A DNA stretch of 64,000 nucleotides from Octopus vulgaris (lineage: Eukaryota), in assembly GCA_951406725.2 (NCBI GenBank), contig OX597820.1, forward strand, positions 49,166,001-49,230,000, written 5' to 3'. A program made the translations under genes and the position numbers. The notes under the pieces were generated by a model. The model was not told the DNA's origin and did not search any database. It saw nothing but the letters and a program-made list of their open reading frames with translations. This document shows, one piece after another, positions 55,560 through 64,000 of this stretch; the stretch's first letter is position 1; each line of letters starts with the position of its first letter.

Positions 55560-55750
55560 CTGGTTTCCCGGAATGGGGGAAATCGGTTACATCGTCCCAA
55601 GTGCTCATGCTCTGGAATTTCCTTTATCGATTCCGGAACGACGAAAGGCAAAGTCGACCTTGCCGGAGATGAAACTCAGACCGTAAAGACGGGCGAAATG
55701 CTGCTAAACAATTTCCACAGCCTACTAAAGATTCTGTCAGTTCGTTACCT
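55560..55750 (-). mobile_element. SINE family B, degenerate
   Basis: GAAAGGCAAAGTCGACCT...GAAACTCAGA.CGTAAAGACGGGCGAAAT on the plus strand. Confidence 0.72.
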
Positions 55751-56239
55751 TAAACTTTAAGATTAATATTGAAATAAATCTGTACACAAAGGACAATTTT
55801 ATTCCAATTAAGCGAGAAGGGAAGAATGCGTGTTGCAATATAATAATGCAACTATGGAAAGTATTCATTGAATAGGTTTATAAAGTAAAGTATATATTGA
55901 GAGTTATTGATGGATTAGTTGACGTACTGTGGTGGAACCATAGTGGTTTAAAGCACCTTGATGTTTTGTCGTTAAGTTAGCATTTCTATAGAACATTCTT
56001 TTAGGAGTGGTATGTTGATAAAAAAGGTTTCTCATATATCAAATGTAAAAATGTCGGCAGATTTTCTGTCTATGAATCCGGAGTCTGTAGTGTGAAGTAT
56101 ATTCCATTCTCTTTTCTAATTACTATTTTCGAATTTTATCTAAAAGTTTACTTCAAAGCAGAATTATCACGGCTTTCCATTTGCCTGCAAAAGGAACTGG
56201 AATTTAATCAATGACATTAGCTAAAAGGACTACATATCA

Positions 56240-56381
56240 AAGGTAACAGATAGGTCACCCATATGCATATACCACTCTATCCACCCTTCAATGGGCCATG
56301 ATACCTCAAAATATGAATTAAAATAACTTTAACAGATAATTTGAGGTGATGCTATAGAGTTAAATATAGCCTGAGACTCAC
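56240..56381 (+). repeat. Direct repeat copy 2, inside a probable decayed Penelope RT region (~55770-56640, minus)
   Basis: Matches 54287-54438; flanking minus-strand translations weakly resemble PLE RT motifs (PKI.K..RP). Confidence 0.8.
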
Positions 56382-57063
56382 TTCCCATCGTCTTCTACGC
56401 AATGTAATGCATGGGGGTCTTGAGCATGCGTTTGTGATCTTTTGGATAGTCAATAGTGAACGTAAAATTGCAATACATGCTATAAAGTTTTGACGTTCCC
56501 AGGCTAAATGTAGATATGTGAAAGTTAGATTTGGGTTCTGTAAAGTTAGATGAGTGTAATAGAGTAAGGAAATTTCGACACAAATTTTGTTTCAAAAGCT
56601 ATGATACTTGTCATTTAGTGAGTTATGCTTAACAGTTGAAAGAAGTAGGCTATCTATATCGTTTTCATTGACGTTTTCGAAGTGCTATCGTTTTCTATAT
56701 GCATTATACCTATTGATTAATTTGTATGAGTTGTAAATTGCACCAGTCAGAGAAATTCTTAATTTTTACATTTCAAAATAATTTAATGGTTTTTAATTTT
56801 GACACAAGGACAGTAATTTTGGGTGGCCGGTTGCGTCGACCCCAAGATCAACTGGTGCTTATTTAATCGACCATGAAAACAGGAAAGGCGAAGTTGACCT
56901 CGGACTTTTAAAAAGTAATTTATGAAACTTATGGAATGATCTACTTTCTCAAAGGATTTCGCACGACATGAATTACATACGAAGGAAAATATTTTACTGT
57001 AGAGCTGGAACTTTTCTGTACTGCTCTTGAAAGTTTGGTAAATCCTTTGAAATACGTGGAATA

Positions 57064-57366
57064 GGCGCAGGAGTGGCTGTGTGGTAAGAAGCTTGCTTCC
57101 CAACCACATGTTTCTGGGTTTGGACCCGCTGCATAGCACCTTGGGCAAGTGTCTTCTTCCATAGCCTTGGGCCTACCAAAGCATTGTGAGTAGATTTGGT
57201 AGACGGGAATTGAAATAAGCCCGTCGCATATATACATATATATATATAGATATATATATATATATGCGATGTTGAAATGTTTACGCCTCCGTAACTTTCG
57301 TCTAAAGGCGGTGCTCCAGCATGACCGCAGACAAATAACTGAAACAATTTAAAGAATAAAAGAGTA
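57064..57366 (+). mobile_element. SINE family A with internal deletion
   Basis: GGCGCAGGAGTGGCTGTGTGGTAAGAAGCTTGCTTCCCAACCACATG...CACCTTGGGCAAGTGTCTT...GGCGGTGCTCCAGCATG. Confidence 0.9.
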
Positions 57367-58119
57367 AAGGTATATGGAAATTTCTCATTACTGCGCGATT
57401 TTTACCAACAATTTCCTCTAAGCTAAGCTAGATGTTCTTTTTCCTGGGAATTATAGACCTGGCTACCCGAAGTCTTATTTTCTATGAAATGATAAAAAGC
57501 CCGAAGCAATATAAATTACTTTTTCCATTGATTACGAAACATTCTAAAAACGCCAACGATTTCTTTTCCTTGTGCGGATATTACACGTCTCTATTTTCCT
57601 TATTATTTCGCTTAATTTTTGAGTTTATATCTAATTTCGATATTCTTACAACCTAGATTAATATACTAATGCTCCTTTTAGAATTATAATGCAACTCCTG
57701 CGAATTCATGCTCATTGTTTAATGCTACATCTATGTGTTCTTTTGTAACGTTCCCTACTGCCTTCTTTTTATAGTTATTTATCTTTTCATATCATTTTCT
57801 TTATTCATTTCCCTTTTCCTTTCTTCTCCCGATCTCTATCTTTCTTTCGAGAAGTTGATTGTAGCAAGCCCTGACAATCAAGAGACACCACCAAGTTTAA
57901 CTGATAATCACACGCCTGAGTCACGACATAATCCCCACGACACTATCTCATCAACAGCATCAAAAGACAAATATCAATCTACGTTCATACACACACACAC
58001 ATACATGCACCGGCCTATACTCACAAATACACATACATATGTATACACATACGAATATACATGTGATTGCGTACGAGAGATGTACCTGTATGTTTGCTTG
58101 CGAATATGTATGTATGTAG

Positions 58120-58317
58120 AGAATTAAAAAAAAAACAACAACAAAAAACAAAAGACGAAGACAGGTGATATAGACAACAAATATATATATATTAGTTTGA
58201 CGTTCGGGAAAGTGAAAAAGTCTTTAACGTTTTGAGCCTACGCTCTTCCTCAGAAAGGAACACAGAAAAAAACAAGGAGAGAAAATGAAGAATATGTAGT
58301 GGCTAGCGATCTATCAT
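58120..58317 (-). mobile_element. Second copy of the pLTR-like repeat, hammerhead motif at 58222-58257
   Basis: Minus strand CTTT-CTGAGGA-A-GAGC GTAG GCTC-AAAAC-GTT-AAAG; matches 24445-24635. Confidence 0.7.
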
Positions 58318-58896
58318 GTATACATGTATGTATGCATATATGTATGTCTGCTATGTATGCAAACATGTATATATGTATGCAAATATGTATGTATGTATGT
58401 ATGTATGTATGTTTGCTTATGTCAGGTCACTCTTAGTACTACATGTTATCTAGTACAAAGTGTCAAGTGATTGTCGCTGGTAAAGAGGATAGTTTACATT
58501 GGACAACCTGGGGGAAGAAAAAGGTCCTGCGAAAAGACGGATGAATTCGGCAGAGTCAACGACCATCCAAAAGGTGGCATTGAGAAAACCCTCGTCTTTG
58601 TTTAGAGGGCTTTGTACCAGAAAAGAAATCCAAAATTACACGTCTCTTACTGGGAAGTCGGAGAACTTCTCTCGTTTGTGTATGGATTTGAAGGTGAGTG
58701 TCTTAACTGTTTTCTGCAAGCTGATGTTAAGTTAATATTTCAGCACTAGTATAGCTGGAAGATATTGTTTTAAATATCGGGGATAGTTAACCTTTAAGTG
58801 ATGATCATACACGTCTACAGACACGATATGAATGTTTGTGTGTGTGTGTGTGTGTGCGTGCGTGTGTTTCTGCGTGTATGTGTAAGTATATATATA

Positions 58897-59113
58897 TGAG
58901 GAATTACTTAAAAGTTCCTGGCTTTAAGGGTGTCGCGAAAAGCCTGGTTGGAGTCCCAACCTTTCGAGTTCCTTTACATCGCTCAGAGAATCTGAAGGAT
59001 CGCTGCAATACGTGAGTGAAAATGAAAGTGGGAATATGTTGAATAAAATCATAATTAACCTATCTTCCTGTATTTTCTTTTACCCAAAGCGAGGAGCGTT
59101 TCAGCACATCCTG
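58897..59113. mobile_element. Mariner-derived MITE
   Basis: Ends TGAGGAATTACTTAAAAGTTCCTGGCTTT and AAAGCGAGGAGCGTTTCAGCACATCCTG with TA flanks. Confidence 0.62.
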
Positions 59114-59115
59114 TA

Positions 59116-59162
<47 letters not shown>

Positions 59163-59257
59163 TTCTCCGAATATGATGTGTCCCCACGAAATGTGTGACA
59201 TAATTAAAATGAAAGTCAACCTGAATTTCCCAAGTTTAAATATACCCGATCTGCACA

Positions 59258-59640
59258 TCTATATATATAAAAGTGAAGTTGTGTGAGTGTCTGTCTCCTA
59301 CGATTTAGATCCCTAACTACTCCCACATTTTGCGGTGCAGTTTAACCAAAACCGGATATCTTATAGTCGTGATTCATATAGAGCCCTTCTGGGTAATAGA
59401 GCGCGTCTATGATGAGTCTACGATTTTAAAAATAATTTACCATAATTTTTTTCCATTTTCATGCATATTTTTTAAAGGGAAGTAACTCTCTAAAAATGAC
59501 TGCGATGAGTCAACGATTTTTTAAAAAATTTACCATCATATTTTTTTCCATTTTTAATGCATTTTTTGGCTATAACTCTCTAAAAATGCTGTATAGTTAT
59601 TTCCCTTACAAACCCGAGCAACGCCGGGCGATACTGCTAG
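59258..59640 (+). mobile_element. Non-autonomous Helitron (383 bp)
   Basis: 5' TC terminus (A|TCTATATATATAAAA), subterminal hairpin CCCGAGCAACGCCGGG, 3' CTAG|T, no TSD. Confidence 0.9.
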
Positions 59641-59876
59641 TCTTGTTATAAATTTATAAATGATATATTTGTAGATTTAAATACAGGTGTATCAGAACAC
59701 AAACATAGTTGTGCAAGTTTCTTCGAGTTTTCTTATTTCGTGCATTGAATGTGGTGAGTATTTTAGATACAACAAAATTATTTACGTCAACATTATTCAT
59801 AACTAATGAAGATCGTTACCGAGACTTTGAGTTTGCCAATTTGCCTGAAATGTGACGCGACTCATCTATGTTGATA

Positions 59877-59918
<42 letters not shown>

Positions 59919-60424
59919 TGTGTGTGCGCGCACACACATAGAAAGACTCATAAATCTTGTCCGACTGAAAAAGTTTTCACGGGTTATGTCTGAGTGAGCT
60001 TGCTTTCAAATATTTCTGAAATTGCATATTAATATATATAGCTCTATTGCGTTAAGCTGTACTTTACCTTCTGGAGCATAAATTTTGCTTAACACATAAT
60101 TCTTCAGCAACTTAACACTGTCGATCAGGCGACGTGCTAATGCTTAATGTATCATATCGCTTTTCTAAGATCTCAACGGTAATTAACCAAAGCAATATGA
60201 ATAAATTATGAATTCACGCGTGCAATATACCATATAAACAAGAATGTCTCTCGGTTTTTGACTTAAAATTAGTGTTTGTATCAATATAATAATTAATTTT
60301 GTTTGTCTCAAATAACTTATCGGTTAATTTTTAATGCATATATGTGTGCTAGAGACGTGTGTATGTGTTCATACTTACGCATACGTATACGCATATATTT
60401 AGAACTAGGTATCTAAATACAAAT

Positions 60425-60477
<53 letters not shown>

Positions 60478-60587
60478 CATATATGTATATATATATACAT
60501 ATATGTATATATATATACATACATATATATATATATATATATACATACATTACATACGTATATATATATATAGACACACACACACGT

Positions 60588-60628
<41 letters not shown>

Positions 60629-60629
60629 G

Positions 60630-60674
<45 letters not shown>

Positions 60675-61415
60675 ATTATATACGGACATGAAAACATAAG
60701 GGGAAAGTGGCAAGACACTAACATCCAATTTATGATATTTCTCACCGTGATTAATGTACGTAGTATTGTGAGGTATACTGAGTAAAGGTAAAAATTGAAA
60801 TGTAAAATGGTAAGACGCGTGTAGAGAATGAGCCAATAAAAGAAATAAATTAAATCTTGACAAAATTTTTACATGGTAGGGTGATTGACTTCCAACAACT
60901 TCCTGTATAGAAAGAGCAATGACTTTATTGTAGCGTCATTTGCATAATCAAAATAGTTTTCTTTGAAATGTGAAAAACCGTAGACGCAAAATGTGTTATT
61001 AAAAAATGGTTCAAATTTTAGACGGGCATATGTTTCTGCTTACACAAGCGCGCTTCATCATTTCAGTGTTGTCTGGTTATTTCAATCAATTGAATATTAC
61101 ACAGATGGTGTTTCTGCATTTGAATATCATTCATTAATAAATAATATGTTCTAAGACAAATTCATTTGATTTTGCAATATTTAGTGATTAGTTATTTCAT
61201 ACAGAAATCGTAGCAATTTCACCTGAATTCCTATACAATAACTCATATTTTTATACGCAGTAACCTCTATTAATTTCGTAGACAAAATTTAATCTTTTCA
61301 TCAATAACAAAAAGTTTTTCAGTTAATATAGAATACATAAATGATAAATATTTTCCAATCTTGAAACAGATTCTCCAGATATTTTGGCTCAAATCAAAAC
61401 AATCCTAAAGTTTTA

Positions 61416-61452
61416 GGCGCAGGAGTGGCTGTGTGGTAAGTAGCTTGCTTAC
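61416..61452 (+). mobile_element. SINE family A, 5' piece of a split copy
   Basis: GGCGCAGGAGTGGCTGTGTGGTAAGTAGCTTGCTTAC, continuing at 63517. Confidence 0.9.
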
Positions 61453-63516
61453 CCAGAATGAAACAGTAGTTGGTCTGGACTGTTACAGTCAGCAGATGTG
61501 AGTTTCAGCTCCGCGAATAGAAAAAAAAGAACAAAAATAAAAATTGTCAATTATGGCTCACTATAGTGAGCAAAATACTGGGTTCTCATCACCTTGACGG
61601 TGAATTGAGAATTTTTTTGAAAATTCTTCTTTTGAATTCTAGTGGGGGTATCTCGCCAGAAAAATAAGAATAAGCCATTTGGATTACCATTTGGAAAACC
61701 TTTTTGGAGTATTATACAAAGGATTCCCTGTCTGTGCTATTTGTGAGGTGTTTCTTTTACTTTTCCCTTCTATTTTTTCTATCTTTCTAAATTTTGGTTC
61801 ATTCTTTTGATTGCTTTAATTTCAGTTTCCTCCCCTCCTCTTTTATTTTGTTTTATTTTTCTATTCGGTTTAATTTTTTGGCAGACTGTCTTTTGAACTA
61901 ATTTTGAACTGTTTTTTGACATGGCAGAGAAGGAACTTAAAAAGAAAAACTCTATCTTAGAGTGGGAAATTAACCCGCCTAAGCAATGGTTAAAAGATAT
62001 GGAGGAGAAGACGGTGGTACTTAGAACGTATTCTAAAGTTCTTAATTCCATCACCGTCTTCCCAAAACAAGTCATAAAAAATGAACTTAAAGAACATTTG
62101 TCCTCTGTAAAATATATATCCCGTGGTGTCAAACATGCAACCGTATGGTTGCTGTTTGACACGGGGAAAAGGCTCGCCAGTTTGCGAGTCAGCCTTTAGA
62201 AGGCAAGGAAATTCTGTTTCTCCCGTCATATTGTGGAAGAAAATTAATACGAGCCAGGGTATGTGGGCTCCCCCGGGCACCGAAGCGGATTGGATTGAAG
62301 ATACCATCCGACAGGGACTGGGGGATGGCGGGCCCAGGCTCTTAAATGTAAGGTATTGCCGGCGGTCGATTGGGAAGGGTCAAAAGCGATTTTGACCCTG
62401 TGGACCCCATCGGCCGCAACAGAACTGGTTTTTCCAGATTTCTTGAAAATGGCTGGCTGCAGGTATCCGGTGATACTTGAGGGACGTCCCCCAAAGTGTC
62501 ACTCGTGCCTGCAGCCAGGCCACATTAAAAGGAACTGCCCCCAGGACCATGGTAAGGTCCTGGAACAGTCACTAGATGCCACCTCCCCTACCCGGTCAAA
62601 GGGAGAGGTGGATGTGGTCGAGGAGGCTTCAGCCTCCTCAACTCAAAAAAGGATTAAAAAGGAAGAAGGCGGGCAACAATAGTTGCCCGCCGAAGGAACC
62701 TAAGGCTTCGGGAAGGCGGGGGAGAGTCTCCGGACAAAGCGGAAGAGCTCCACTCTCCCGAAGCCAGGAAGAAAAGAAAAAAAGAAGGAAGAAGAACGGG
62801 TCATCTCAGCGGGGAGATGATGTGCCGACTGCATGTCCCGAAGTTGTGCCACCCACGGTGGAAGAAACCACCCCCACCCTTAAAGATGATCAATTAATTA
62901 TCTTTTTCTACAAGGGCGGGGAGGTGGAAAAAATAGTAGAAGAACATAAAGAAACAGTAGATATGCCCTTCACACGGGATCCCGAATGGCCTCCGCAGAT
63001 AGCTGTGGAGGTCATAAGGTTTCCTTGTGGAAAGGCTTAAAGGATTTGGGGAGGTGTCGCATATGGCCGGGTGGCCCTTACACGACTTACATGTCCTACA
63101 TGAGTGAGACATGGGAAATGGCGGGATACAGGAACTCAAGCGGCATTGAAGATAATGATGAATATATCGATGGATATATCGAAGAGTAGGAGGTGAAAGA
63201 CCCTCGTTACAGGGTTTGAAACCTCACCTTATTGGATTATTTTGTAGTGGTTTATAACCTCAATTGTGTGCTTTAAGAAAGAAAAAAAAAGAAAACATGT
63301 TAAGTAAGAGGTTTTAGTGCCTCTTCTTGTAAGAGGTTTTGAAACATCATATTGATTTAAAAAAAAAAAAAGAAAATATGTTTTCGAGAATAAAAACAAT
63401 CGGCGGGTGTTGGGTTTCGTCTCTCTTTTATTCATTATATTTCATTTTCATTCATTAATGTATTTGTCCAGCCCGCAAAGCTCTTTGTACTGTCTATATT
63501 AAAAATTTATGAAATA
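61453..63516 (+). mobile_element. ORF1-only (HAL1-like) L1/Tx1-type retroelement with 15-bp TSD
   Basis: AAGTAGCTTGCTTAC at 61438-61452 and 63517-63531; single gag-like ORF; ends at AATAAA; no RT or endonuclease. Confidence 0.85.
61921..63189 (+). pseudogene. Frameshifted ORF1-like protein (~420 aa) with CCHC zinc knuckle
   Basis: Tiling ORF pieces from MAEKELKK to YIDGYIEE*, containing YPVILEGRPPKCHSCLQPGHIKRNCP (CX2CX4HX4C) and a basic low-complexity region. Confidence 0.8.
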
Positions 63517-63972
<456 letters not shown>

Positions 63973-64000
63973 ATTTTACTTACAGAAAGTTCATGATAGA

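Overview
Eukaryotic, AT-rich, extremely microsatellite-dense DNA with no confidently identifiable host gene. Repeat style and SINE families suggest a coleoid cephalopod such as Octopus (inference); the window is probably intronic or intergenic. Almost all short ORFs in the track are translations of simple repeats. The real content is mobile DNA: a full-length CR1/L2-group LINE (14658-19416, minus) with an intact 1005-aa APE+RT ORF2 and an unusual ORF1 (Myb/SANT-like helix domain, polyQ, two CCCH fingers, one in-frame TGA at a Cys position); a ~2.1 kb ORF1-only zinc-knuckle retroelement inserted into a SINE head with a 15-bp TSD (61453-63516); a complete but frameshifted mariner (229-1498); other mariner, maT, Tigger-like and Helitron remnants; RTE, CR1, R4/Dong and Penelope fragments; and several tRNA-derived SINE families. 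Reading the non-coding DNA also reveals multiple Penelope-type hammerhead ribozyme motifs, including one downstream of a tRNA-like Pol III head inside a ~700-bp inverted repeat (48132-48833). All calls are by eye, without database searches or folding software.
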